Below, one piece after another: positions 1 to 11,727 of a stretch of 64,000 nucleotides of DNA. The notes beneath the pieces are model-generated. The model had not been told where the DNA came from, made no database searches, and was given only the letters and a program-made list of their open reading frames with translations. Location of the stretch: the NCBI GenBank assembly GCA_038087875.1, contig CM076000.1:1798001-1862000 (forward strand), in the 5' to 3' direction. Both the position numbers and the translations under genes were made by a program. The stretch is from Malacoraja senta (lineage: Eukaryota). The first letter of the stretch is position 1. Every line of letters begins with the position of its first letter.

Positions 1-175
1 ATCTTGGATGTCCAAAAATGGAAAGCCTCGTCTTGGGAGTAGATGTGGCGAAAACAGATAAATTGGGAGTAGGGGACAGCATCTTTGCAAGAGGCAGGGT
101 GGAAGGAGGTGGAGTCTTGATAACTGTGTGGGTTGGTGGGTTTGTAGTAAATGGCAGTCGATAGTCTGTCCTCTG
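1..175 (-). mobile_element. Penelope-like element (PLE) RT-thumb fragment, degenerate
   Basis: Minus strand reads DRLSTAIYYKPTNPHSY...HPASCKDAVPYSQF, homologous to the PLE copies at 21 kb and 50 kb. Confidence 0.8.
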
Positions 176-1194
176 TGAGGTTTAGAGAGACCTGGACAAA
201 ATGCGGGCAGGTGGGACTAATATAGGTGGGGCATCTTGGTCGGCATGTGCATATAGTGCTGAAGGGCCTGTTTCCCTATTGTATGACTACAACCCACACT
301 GAACACCTGTGTGTAGCTCACTGATGAATAACTGACATTGAACAGATCAACCAACAAACCCTTTCATTTTCCTGCTTCTGCTTGAAAATACCACAAATGA
401 AATGTAATTTATTTGGACTGTGTCCACTTTTAATTTAACAAGAATGTTTTAGGGAGCTTTTCCCTTTATTGGGTAGATTCCATTGTGCTGAGACATAGTG
501 TTATACATAAAAAGGCCCTTCAGCCTATAGAATAGGCGGCAACCATCAAAGACCAGTTGCTTTACTGGACTAGAGACACTACTATGTCTGATTAGAATTG
601 CAACTTTGTCTGTAGCAAAGGTCTTCAGCACTTTAGCTGAAATATTGTTATTGTACAGCCTTTCCTGTAACCAGTGCTAACTGCGGTACTATGCGTAGTG
701 AAATAAAATTAAATGAAGACTGACTTGCGTCGTGACATCGACATCTTGAGGAGGCTGAGACTACTTTGTACTTTGAGTTCAAAATAGTCTTTTATTTTGC
801 CAACACGCTGGCTCTGTCATCATCTGAGGATGGGGGAATTATCCAGTACCATTCATAGAGCACAAAGTGCCAGCGGCTCAGGCACTATGTGTTCGACACA
901 AGATTCCAGCCTCTGCAATTCCTTGCGTCCCCAGTACCATTTATAAATGGACTTGGAATGTCGGCAGATTCTGATCTTTTACCCATTGGTTGCTGGCTTA
1001 ACATTGTCCATATTTGTTGCTATCATTGTTTAGTGCATGATCTTGTGTTTGTTTTATCTTGATGGTAAGACCTGCATTCATGGCCCATTATTAATTGCCC
1101 TTGATTAGGTGGTTCATAAGTTATAGGAGCAGAATTAGGCCATTGAGCCCATCAAGTCTAATCTTGCATTCAATCATGTCCAGGTGGGGCACAG

Positions 1195-1335
1195 ACGAGG
1201 GAAAAGAGAGGGGGGAGGGTTTGGAGGGAGTTAGTTAGAGGTTACCTAAAATTGGAGAATTCAATGTTCATACCATTGGGTTGTAAGCTACCCAAATGGA
1301 ATATGAGTTGCTGTTCCGACTGCTATTATTCTGCA
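1195..1335 (-). mobile_element. PLE 3' fragment (end of GIY-YIG ORF)
   Basis: Reverse complement matches gaacagcatctcatattt...ttgggcagcttacagcccagtggtatgaatattgatttctc of the 21.9-kb copy. Confidence 0.7.
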
Positions 1336-1378
1336 AGGCAACAGGGGGAACCAAGGGGAAAATTGATTGGAATTGCAA

Positions 1379-2725
1379 TACGCAGTGGCGCACCGGTAGA
1401 GTTGCTGCTTTACAGTGCCGCAGACCCGGGTTCGATCCTGACTACGGGTTCTGTCTGTACAGAATTTGTACTTTCTCCTTGTAACCGCGTGGGTTTTCGC
1501 TGGGTTCTCTGGTTTCCTCCCACACTCCAAAGGCGTACAGATTTGTAGGTTAAATGTGTAGGAAGGAACAGCAGATGCTGGTTTAAACCAAAGATAGACA
1601 CAGAAAGTTGGAGTAGCTCAGGAGGCCAGACAGCATCTCTGGAGAGAAGGAATGGATGATGCTGTGGGTCAAGTCTGAAGAAGGGTCTTGATCCAAAACG
1701 TCACCCATTCCTTTCACCAGAGATGCTGTCTGACCTGCTGAGTTACTCCAGTTTGAGACAATAGACAATAGATAATAGAGTAGGCCATTCGGCCCTTCAA
1801 GCCAGCACCGGCATTCAATGTGATCATGGCTGATCATCCACAATCCCCGTTCCTGCTTGCTCCCCATATCCCCAGACTCCGCTATCTTCAAGAGTCCTAT
1901 CTAGCTCTCTCTTGAAAGTATGCAGAGAACTGGCCTCCACCGCCCTCTGAGGCAGAGAATTCCACAGACTCACAACTCTCTGTGAAAAAGTGTTTCCTCA
2001 TCTCCGTTCTAAATGGCTCACCCCTTATTCTTAAACTGTGGCCCCTGGTTCTGAACTCCCCCAACATCGGGAACATGTTTCCTGCTTCTAGCGTGTCTAA
2101 ACTCTTAATAATCTTATTTGTGTCAATATGATCACCTCTCATCCTTCTAAATTCCAGAGTATACAAGCCCAGCCGCTCCATTCTCTCAGCATATGACAGT
2201 CCCGCCATCCCCGGAATTAACCTTGTGAACCTACGCTGCACTCCCTCAATAGCAAGAATGTCTTTCCTCAAATTTGGAGACCAAAACTGAACACAATACT
2301 CCAGGTGTGGTCTCACTCGGGCCCTGTACAACTGCAGAAGGACCTCTTTGCTCCTATACTCAACTCCTCTTGTTATGAAGGCCAACATGCCATTCGCTTT
2401 CTTCATTGCCTGCTGTACCTGCATGCTTACTTTCATTGACTGATAAACAAGGACCCCCAGATCCCGTTGTACTTCCCCTTTTCCCAACTTGACACCATTT
2501 AGATAATAATCTTCCTTCCTGTTTTTGCTGCCAAAGTGGATAACCTCACATTTATCCACATTAAACCGCATCTGCCCACTCACCCAACCTGTCCAAGTCA
2601 CCCTACATTCTCATAGGATTTTTGTGTCCATCTACAGGTTTGTAGATTAATTGGTAAGTTGTACAATTGTTCCTAGTGTATAGGATCATGTGCGGAGTTG
2701 GCACGGGCTCAGTGGGCTGAAGCCT
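1379..2725 (+). mobile_element. HE1-like tRNA-derived V-SINE split by a nested PLE-type module and a CR1
   Basis: A box (gtggcgcaccggtag), B box (gggttcgatcc) and V-domain (ggtttcctcccacactccaaag) lie at 1379-1553. The SINE resumes at about 2633 after an 18-bp duplication. Confidence 0.8.
1757..2612 (-). mobile_element. 5'-truncated CR1-clade LINE (ORF2 C-terminus, 3' UTR and microsatellite tail)
   Basis: ORF 1897-2601 has QMRFNVDKCEVIHFG, RDLGV, VRPHLEYCVQFWSP, IEGVQRRFTRLIPG and TRGHSLRI. Tail is (agacaat)n on the plus strand. Confidence 0.95.
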
Positions 2726-3289
2726 AAAGTAATGCTCAAATAGCAAAAGTAAAATAGAATGATAAACCTTGAGAAAATGCTAAATTAAAAGGACTATGTT
2801 TATCAGAGATAACAAAATGGCCACTTTCCATTGTTGTCACCAGCAATAAAGTATGTGCATTGAAGGGTAAATGGTTTTTTAAAATATCAGGTAAAAACTG
2901 CTGACAGTGAACTGCTGACAGGAATGCAGAAAACCTCGACTGGCAGATCTGTCCTTTGGGAAAAACAGCTTGATCTTAATGACATTCTACCACAGTTTGT
3001 GCGCCACAGTGTTCAATTTTGCTTGGATTACCTTCTGCTTAGTCAATGTGAATGTTAAATGAATTTAGTGTCAACAGGAATACTTGACCTTGCCTGGATC
3101 TTTAGATTAATTACAATTTTAACAACGAGGAAAAAAAAAAATCTTGAGAAATAAATTCAGCTAATCAAATTCAAACAGTCACTCACACGAAACAACAATC
3201 AATCTGCCTGGGATGATGTGTCTTTGTTCGAGTAGAACATTTTGAGTGCGTGGTCAAAGATAGAACATTTCAAAAATATTTAAATGTAC

Positions 3290-3365
3290 CTTCATCACCA
3301 AGGTCTCTGAAAAGATGATGGGTTTGTTTCTCTTTTGTAGCTCTTGTCATCAGTGTATCAACATC
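3290..3365 (-). CDS. MICU2: MICU2 coding exon (equivalent to human exon 4), 76 nt, phase 0 to 1
   Basis: ttttttttaccctctgtag|...|gtacat. Encodes DVDTLMTRATKEKQTHHLFRDLGDE(G) versus recalled human DIEDTLSGIQTAGCGSTFFRDLGDKG. Confidence 0.9.
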
Positions 3366-4219
3366 CTACAGAGGGTAAAAAAAACCCACACAATTCAGGA
3401 TGAGCAGAACTAAAATAATCTTAAATGTTATTTAAGTTATTTAGATACTCTGGATTTAGATAGGATAGTGGCATTTAAGAAGCTTTAGAATAGTTACATG
3501 GATATTGAGCAGAGAATGGAGCGGTATGGATCATGTGCCGACAGAGGAGATTAGTTTAACTTGGCATCATGTTCAGCACAGACATTGTGAGCTGAAGAGC
3601 CTGTATCTGTGCTGTACAGTTCTATGTCCTATCATGTTCAGCATAGACAGTGTGGGCTGAAGGGCCTGTTCATGTGCTGTACTAATCTATGTTCTTGACA
3701 TTTTTATTGACTGCTTGAGGAATAAATTCCTTCCCCCCCCCCCCCCAAAAAGACAAATTTGATGGATTTGGTCTCCCACCAGGTAGGACTATTCTGGTCT
3801 GATAACAGAGGTTCATGGACATAACTGAGTACTCATGGTCACCTGGTCTTATCAGGGCTGGGTAGAGATTCATTTGACCTGTGCCCCGCTGAGAGGTGTC
3901 GAGCAAGGTCTAATTAGAGTTCAGTGCAATTCAGTTACAGTCAGTTTACTGCTGAGGCTCTAAATGATGTGACTATCGTTGGCAGGAGACAAGGCTTGTG
4001 GTGGACCTGTATTTGCCACCAAAACTCTTAACCTGGGATTCCGAGACATGGAGGAATTCTTAAGATTGTCATAAATAAAAAATAAATAACATTATATGAA
4101 ATTAGCATTAATCATTAATAATATTCAATAAAACGAACTAAGCAAAAGGTACGTTTTGTTACATAATAACATTCAGTGTGATATCTTATAAAATGCTGTT
4201 TGGAATTTCAGATATACTA

Positions 4220-5835
4220 CAGTGCCCTCCATAATGTTTGGGACAAAGACCCATCATTTATTTATTTGCCTTTGTACTCCACAATTTGAGATTTGTAATA
4301 AAAAAAAATCACATGTGGTTAAAGTGCACATTGTCAGATTTTATTAAAGGGTATTTTTATACATTTTGGTTTCACCATGTCGAAATTACAAGAGTGTTTA
4401 TACATAGTCCCCCCATTTCATGGCACCATAATGTTTGGGACACATGGCTTCACAGGCGTTTGTAATTGATCAGGTGTGTTTAATTGCCTCCTTAATGCAG
4501 GTATAAGAGAGCTCTCAGCATCTAGTCTTTCCTCCAGTCTTTCCATCACCTTTCGAAACTTTTATTGCTGTTTATCAACACGAGGACCAAAGTCGTGCCT
4601 ATGAAATTTAAAATACGCCATTATGAGACTGAGAAACAAGAAAAAAACTGTTATAGACATCAGCCAAACCTTAGGCACACCAAAATCAACTGCTTGGAAC
4701 ATCATTAAGAAGAAAGAGCACTGGTGAGCTTACTAATCGCAAAGGGACTGGCAGGCCAAGGAAGACCTCCACAGCTGATGACAGATGAATTCTCTCCATA
4801 ATAAAGGAAAAAAAACCAAACGCTTGTCCGACAGGTCAGAAACACTCTTCAGGAGTCAGGTGTGGATTTGTCTGCAGAAGACTTCATGAACAGAAATACA
4901 GAGGCTGCACTGCAAGATGCAAACCACTGGTTGGCCGCATAAATGGGATGGCCGGGTTACAGTTTGCCAAGAAGTACTTAAAAGAGCAACCACAGTTCTG
5001 GAAAAAGGTCTTATGGACAGATGAGATGAAGATTAACTTATATCAGAGTGATGGCAAGAGCAAAGTATGAAGGAACTGCCCAAGATCCAAAGCATACCAC
5101 CTCACCTGTGAAACACGATGGTGTGGGTGTTATGGCCTGGGCATGTATGGCTGCTGAAGGTACTGGCTCACTTATCTTCATTGATGGTACAACCGCTGAT
5201 GGTAGTAACATAATGAATTCTGAAGTGTATAGACGCATCCTATTAAACAAATGCCTCAAAACATTGGCCAGCAGTTCATTCAACAGCAAGACAATGATCC
5301 CAAACATACTGCTAAAGCAATAAAGGAGTTTTTCAAAGCTAAAAAATGGTCAATTCATGAGTGGCCAAGTGAATCACCCGATCTGAACCCAATTGAGCAT
5401 GCCTTTTATATGCTGAAGAGAAAACTGAAGGGGACTAGCCCCCAAAACAAGCATATGCTAAAGATGGCTCCAATACAGGCCTGGCAGAGCATCACCAGAG
5501 AAGACACCCAGCAACTAGTGTTGTCCATGAGTCGCAGACTTCAAGCAGTCATTGCATGCAAAGGATATGCAACAAAATACTAAACATGACTACTTTCATT
5601 TACATTGCATTGCTGTGTCCCAAACATTATGGTGCCCTGAAATGGGGGGACTATGTATAAACACTGCTGTAATTTCTACATGGTGAAACCAAAATGTATA
5701 CAAATGGCCTTTATTAAAATCTGACAATGTGCACTTTAACCACATGTGATTTTTACTATTACAAATCTCAAATTGTGGAGTACAGAGGCAAATAAATAAA
5801 TGATGGGTCTGTCTGAAACATTATGGAGGGCACTG
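4220..5835 (+). mobile_element. Full-length Tc1 DNA transposon (IR/DR type) with a frameshifted DD34E transposase
   Basis: TA|CAGTGCCCTCCATAATGTTT...AAACATTATGGAGGGCACTG|TA. TIRs of about 222 bp (4220-4443, 5614-5835), each with inner and outer direct repeats (ccataatgtttgggaca). Motifs WTDE, QQDNDPKH and SPDLNPIEH, with 34 residues between the second D and E. Start codon appears mutated and there are several frameshifts. Confidence 0.97.
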
Positions 5836-6039
5836 TATAATTAATTGATTCCACCCTTTGAGCTTTTAGTTACAATCTCAAAAAGAGTCATCTGATATTC
5901 AAACATGATTTTCCCTTCATAAAACTATATTGACTGTCTAATCACATTGCGATTTTACCCCATTGGTATTGATGAACTTTTGTAGGTGACAGATGACTGG
6001 CCAAGAGTTCCCTTTTTTGCCTTTTAATCATTTCTTAAA

Positions 6040-6320
6040 CAGCAGTGGCACAGCCGTAGAGTTGCTGCCTTACAGCGCCAGAGACTAAGGTTTGATGCTG
6101 TCTGTACAGTTTGTACATTCTCTGTGTGACCACATGGGTTATCTCCAGGTGCTCTGGTTTCCCTCCACATTCCAAAGACGTGCAGGTTTGTAGGTTAATT
6201 GGGTTCTGTAAATTGTCGCTAGTGTGCAGGATAGAACTGGTATACAGGTGATTGCTGGTCGGCATGGACCCGGTGGGCTGAAGGGCCTGTTACCACTCTG
6301 TATCTCTAAACTAAACTAAG
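6040..6320 (+). mobile_element. HE1-like V-SINE
   Basis: tRNA-like head, V-domain, CR1-like tail ending ctaaactaaactaa. Confidence 0.85.
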
Positions 6321-6329
6321 TAGTACATT

Positions 6330-6458
6330 GTCTGAAGAAGGGTCTTGACCCGAAACATCGCCTATTTTCTTTGCTCCATAGATGCTGCTTCACCCGCTGA
6401 GTTTCTCCAGCATTTTTGTCCATCTTCGATTTTCCGGCATCTGCAGTTCCTTCTTAAA
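6330..6458 (+). mobile_element. Short PLE pLTR-type module with hammerhead-like core
   Basis: ctgaaga-agggtcttgaccc-gaaac-atc followed by gatgctgc...gctgagtttctccagc...gcatctgcagttcctt. Confidence 0.75.
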
Positions 6459-7812
6459 CATAAGTAATACATTTACTATCTTCAAATCTGCTAGATTTTT
6501 TCCAGAATATATTTTACTTAAGCGGCCACCACTTTCGGACACCTTGGAATCTATAAAGGCCAGGAAATTTGTCTGGTATTAATTTCCATATTATTCATTT
6601 TTTAGTAAATTCATTACCTTGGGCGTCATCAAACCCTTGGTTCCCTTCCATTTCTGCAACATTTGCTTTCTTGTGTGAAGACTGATACAAAATATTTGAA
6701 GCTTAAGCTATTTCTATATTACCATAATTTCTCTTGCCACTCTTTATGATACCCATATTCTCCTGCTCTCTTTTTGCACATTTTATATTTCTTGCCAACT
6801 TACACTCATATTCTATTTTGTCTCTCTTCATCAGTATTTGGTCATTTGGTATATCTTGCTAAAACCTCTTCAATCGGGCTTCTATAGTTTATAAACTTTG
6901 TTGAATCATAATATTCTTGATATTGTAAGTTAGCTATGGATAGATCATTTCTTTGTGAAGTTATTATTTCTTAAACTTAGTTTATCCAATGACAGATATT
7001 TTAATCTAATTTCCTTTTCTAACTTAGTCAACACACTCCTCACATCTAGATAATTGGTCTTAGTTAAGATCAAGGCACTAATTTCTAACTGAGATGTTAC
7101 TTTCTTGAACTCAATATTGCAATCACTCTCTCTGGAGGATACCTTAATGAGATTGCTAATTATCTTTATGATATAACACAAGAGAAGATCTCAGACAACC
7201 TATTCCTCAGTATGTTTGATGACCTATATTTCCAGAAACACATTCTGAATATTCTCAATAAACTGATCCCACAAAATATTTTTGCCAATTTGATTTATCG
7301 GTCGACAGGGGAATAAACTCTCTCTTTATTATTACAAGATGTTCTCTATTATATTTGTACACTATAGAAAGCTTACTGTCAGGTTGCATCACAGCTTGGT
7401 TTGGGATTAACTTTGCCCAAGATTGCATGGCATTGCAGAAAGTTGTGGATGTAGCCCAGTCCACCACACAGACCAGAATCCCTACCATTGACACCATCTA
7501 CACTTCATGCTGCCTCGTCATTCCTTCTTCTATCTGCACCCGTCTGGCTGAAGACACAGAAGTCTGAAAGCATGCACCAGCAGACTCATAAACAGCTTCA
7601 TACTGTAGATGTAGATGACATGTGCATGTACCTTTAACATAGTGACCTCACCACTACTAACCACTCCCCACATCACTAGTATAATTACAACCTTCCCACC
7701 CAGTGCTCGCTCTCTAGTTCCGGTGACAGACCACGAACAGCTAGGGCAGTAAAGTATGTGTATCATGAATAAACAGTAGTAAAGACACAGTGTGTTATGA
7801 CGCCTCTTTACA

Positions 7813-7830
7813 TGGTGTCAGAAGTGGGAT
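7813..7830 (+). other. Primer-binding site complementary to the tRNA-Leu 3' end
   Basis: TGGTGTCAGAAGTGGGAT immediately after the 5' LTR. Reverse complement ATCCCACTTCTGACACCA is the recalled tRNA-Leu(CAA) 3' terminus. Confidence 0.85.
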
Positions 7831-8088
7831 GTCGCACATTGCGGTAAACTTAGCCATAAGACATACCGGGTCCCGAGCATCTTCACCTGCACCATAGACA
7901 AATGACTCAGCCCGTTCCAGGGCATCAGGACCAGCCAGGTTGAGAAGCAGAGAAGCCCGTGTAGCAGGGGTGGCAGCAGGATGGGCGATCGTGACGTAGT
8001 GTTGGAAGTCACGTCTAAAGACACCCCACCGATGGGCAATGTCCGAGTCAAAGACAAGCATATCGGGTTTGCGGCAAGAAGTAGCCAT
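7831..8088 (-). pseudogene. Gypsy gag N-terminus, inverted relative to the LTRs
   Basis: gccATGG start; MATSCRKPDMLVFDSDIAHRWGVFRRDFQHYVTI...ASLLLNLAGPDALE fits the WxxFxxxF...LLLxxxG pattern of Mag-like gag proteins. Confidence 0.75.
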
Positions 8089-8748
8089 GGCACGGGAGAT
8101 AAAAAACAAAACGGGGAAACGGGTCAAAAGTAAAGAAAACCCGATAAACAGGAGGCACAAAGGTACGATGCTGACACCATGTAAAGAGGCGTCATAACAC
8201 ACTGTGTCTTTACTACTGTTTATTCACAGTCCCCCTCCGGTCACCCCAGGCTTGCCATCGTCGTCGGTACTGTTGGTTCGCCGCGGTCCTATCTAGTCGA
8301 CCATGACGGTACTATTTACCGCCGGTCCCGCCAACATCTGCGGCTTGTTAACGAGCCCCCACCGCCGCCTGCAGACCACTTTTCCCCCCCACTGTCTGCC
8401 ACGTTGCCTGCCCCTGCACGTATGCCTCGGTCCCTGCCTTCTCAGCTATATCAGCCCCGCTCTCCACCAGCCAGTCCTCCCTCGCCTGCCCGTCTTCCCG
8501 CTACTGCTCCTGCTTCCCCTGCTCCGTCTCCGTTTTCTCTTTCTCCTCCCGGTTCCTGGGTTCTCTCACCCACGCCTGCTCCTACTCAAGTTCCTCCTGC
8601 AGAGGGGGGAGATGGCGAGCTGCGTACCCGGTCCGGGCGGGTGGTCAGGCCGCCTGTCCGTTATGGTGATTTTGCTTAACTGTTTGCTCACCTGCTCGTA
8701 GCGTATGAGACGTGGTCGCCCTGTCACTACTGTATTGCTTTTTATTTC

Positions 8749-8760
8749 GAAGGGGAAGGA
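8749..8760 (+). other. Polypurine tract
   Basis: GAAGGGGAAGGA abutting the TG of the 3' LTR. Confidence 0.9.
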
Positions 8761-10406
8761 TGTAGATGACATGTGCATGTACCTTTAACATAGTGACCTC
8801 ACCAATACTAACCACTCCCCACATCACTAGTATAATTACAACCTTCCCACCCAGTGCTCGCTCTCTAGTTCCGGTGACAGACCACGAACAGCTAGGGCAG
8901 TAAAGTATGTGTATCATGAATAAACAATAGTAAAGACACAGTGTGTTATGACGCCTCTTTACACATACCCTGTGATCAGACTTCTGAACAGTCCTTCCAT
9001 AAGCTAGGGTAATGTCCCATTCACCTCTACCCCATTGTGGATATAGAACTTTGTCTATGGAACTGATGCACAACATTGCTGAGAATTATATTCACAAGTT
9101 ATAGGAGTAGAATTAGGCCATTCGGCCCATCAAGTCTACTCTACCATTCAATCATGGCTGATCTCTGTCTCCTCTGTATCTTCCCCATTGCTCCACCTAT
9201 TGTACGAGTTTGGCTTGATTGTATTTATGTACGGTATATCTGATCTGATTGGATAGCATGCAAAAAAAAGCTTTTTAAGTGATAATAATAACTTAAACCT
9301 GCTATATCTTGTTTCTTTAATGGTATTGCAAGAATGGAGAATTATTTCAAATGCAGAGAATATAATGTAAAAGAACACATACTGTTTATTACTTTACAAT
9401 GACAATTTGTAAATCTTTCTCCCAAGATCAAGATATCAATCTGCATCTTCTACTTTAGTACAGCATTTGGTTCTCAATTACAATTACAATTGGTAATTTA
9501 TCACAAAAGGGCAGCAATTGTGTGAAAATCAAGAACATCTGCAGCTACTGGAAATCCAAACTAAATTAGTTTAATAGAGATCAGTCCTGATGAAGTGATT
9601 TCGACCTGAAACTGGTTCTCTTTCCACAGATGTTGCTGACCTCTCATGTTTTTTTTAACATTTTCTATTTTTATTGCAGCCATTGTGTTGCGCTTTGATG
9701 AACCTTGTGCAAAATTGGCCTATGCTACCTAACCTTGGTGAAGGGATATTAATTTTATTATTGTATTGTATAAGTGCAATTTGAAACTGGATCTGTGACT
9801 GGTGTGCTGTACTATTTTAAGAACCTGTCAAATCTCAGTTGAATAGTTTTATCCAAACTATTTTGAATAACGTCAAAGGACGATAAATATGAGTATGACC
9901 ACCTGCTGGCAATATGTGGGGAATTCATTATTCATTCACCCGGGACAAGAAGGAGAATCAAGTTTGAATACCTTTAATTAATGTGAATGTGACAGTCAGC
10001 TAGAGGATCAAAGATAAAATTGAATGATTAAATGTTATATCTTTCAATGAAAATCAAAACAGATCGTGAAGTCCAAAGGATTAAAAAATGTTGCATTTGC
10101 TTTAATATTGGTTTTCTTTCACTTTTTCAATGATGCTGGTAATTATGATTTGAGGAATATACATACCATGGAGTCAAACACATTTACTCTATTATTTCAG
10201 ACATATGGGTGGAAAAAAGTCGTTGAATAATTTAGCGATTTTAAATTTCAACAAATTTATCAGTTATATTGAATTACCTGACGAAAACCCCAACACAATC
10301 ATTTGTGGCCACAGTATTTGCTGGCGATCTTATTTGTTAAATAAATGATTTAATAAACAATTACATTCAATGAAACCAGATTGCAGCTATCTGCTGCAAG
10401 ACTCAC

Positions 10407-10438
10407 CTGCTTTGTTAATTTCCTTGTATTCAGCTTAC
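10407..10438 (-). CDS. MICU2: MICU2 coding exon (equivalent to human exon 3), 32 nt, phase 1 to 0
   Basis: ttctatttcatccctag|GTAAGCTGAATACAAGGAAATTAACAAAGCAG|gtgagt. Encodes (G)KLNTRKLTKQ versus recalled human RKTSVKKLTKK. Joins the neighbouring exons in frame. Confidence 0.88.
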
Positions 10439-10842
10439 CTAGGGATGAAATAGAATACAATTACATTTAGATTAGTGTGTAAATATGAACATGTTATATA
10501 CTGTCAGATCACCTTCATAGCTGGCATGCTGAAAAGGAAACTAGATGAGGATATCCTTAAAAATAAATGTGCAAAGGTCATCACTGTAGGCAATGGTTCC
10601 ACAAACTGGATGTCAGTATAGGTACCCTATTTAAGGAGGGAGTAAGAGAACAGAAAATTATAAAACAGTTATCCTAACACCAGTGTTAGGGAAAATACCG
10701 GAGTATTATCTATTATCTCAGGATACTGAGATTCATGAAAAGGAAATCATTATAGACAAATCTATTTTTTTTAGGTTGTAACTAGAAGAATAGAGAAGGA
10801 GGAAACTGTGCATGTGAAATATTTACTCTTTTACTCTTTAGA

Positions 10843-11135
10843 CTTTACTTTAGAGATCCAGCGCGGAAACAGCCCTTTCAGGCCACTGAGTCCGCACTTA
10901 CCAGCGGTCACCCTGTACACTAGCACTATCCTAGGGACAATTTACAATTTACACAAGCCAATTAACCTACAAACCTGCATGTCTTTGGAGTGTGGGAGGA
11001 AACTAGAGGACCGGGAAAAAACCTACGTGGTCACAGGAAGAACGTACAAACTCCGTACAGACAGCACTGGTAGTCAGGATCAAACTCGGGTCTCTAACGC
11101 TGTAAGGCAGCGACTCTACCGCCGCACCACTGCTC
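10843..11135 (-). mobile_element. HE1-like V-SINE
   Basis: Reverse complement of the head, V-domain and tail consensus. Confidence 0.85.
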
Positions 11136-11259
11136 CATGGAAGGCATTTGAATGATCAAAATGAGAACATGCAGGGCTAGGGTTGGTAAACATTCATGTA
11201 TTGCGATAATAGACAGAAAATAGAGAGGAGGAATAAACAGATCATTTTCAGACTGGGAG

Positions 11260-11727
11260 AAGCCGCTCCAATCTATCAACATATGACAGTCCTGCTATCC
11301 CGGGAATTAACCTCGTGAACCTACGCTGCACTTCATCAATAGCAAGAATGTCCTTCCTCAAGTTTGGAGACCAAAACTGCACACAATATTCCAGGTGTGG
11401 TCTCACTAGGGCCCTGTACAACTGCAGGAGGACCTCTTTGCTCATATACTCAACTCCTCTTGTTATAAAGGCCAACTTGCCATTCGTTTTCTTCACTGCC
11501 TGCTGTAACTGCATGCTTACTTTCAGTGACTGATGAACAAGGACCCCCAGATCCCGTTGTACTTCCCCTTTTCCCAACTTGACACCATTTAGATAATAAT
11601 CTGCCTTCCTGTTTTTGCCACCAAAGTGGATAACCTCATATTTATCCACATTAAACTGCATCTGCCATGCATCTGCCCATTCACCCAACCTGTCCAAGTC
11701 ACCCTGCATCCTCATAGCATCCTCACA
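11260..11727 (-). mobile_element. CR1 LINE ORF2 fragment, same subfamily as 1757-2612
   Basis: MQGDLDRLGEWADAWQMQFNVDK...LVRPHLEYCVQFWSP. Nearly identical to 2190-2612. Confidence 0.93.

Larger units (their letters stand above)
7604..8963 (+). mobile_element. Rearranged non-autonomous Gypsy LTR retrotransposon (1.36 kb)
   Basis: Two 203-bp TG...CA LTRs (7610-7812, 8761-8963; 2 mismatches seen), 5-bp TSD CATAC (7599-7603, 8964-8968), PBS, PPT, inverted gag start and pol C-terminal tail (LRTRSGRVVRPPVRYGDFA*). Confidence 0.95.
7335..9290 (+). mobile_element. Rex1/Babar-type LINE 3' fragment interrupted by the LTR element
   Basis: CTIESLLSGCITAWFG...LQKVVDVAQS. The sequence resumes after 8968 collinear with the uninterrupted copy at 13.3-13.9 kb. 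Confidence 0.75.

Noticed and set aside
792..823. Possible alternative terminal MICU2 exon on the minus strand (ccccatcctcag|ATGATGAC...TAA, giving DDDRASVLAK*)
   Set aside because: In frame with the upstream exon but has no homology to the expected next exon (GLISYTEYLFLL), which I did not find and which probably lies beyond the window. Such an acceptor plus stop arises easily by chance.
1379..1450. tRNA genes at SINE heads
   Set aside because: A/B boxes run directly into the V-domain and LINE-like tail, so these are SINE heads and not cloverleaf tRNAs.
8303..8701. Pro/Leu-rich ORFs as host genes
   Set aside because: They lie between the LTRs; the 8404-8679 frame is the Gypsy pol tail and the other frames are shadows.
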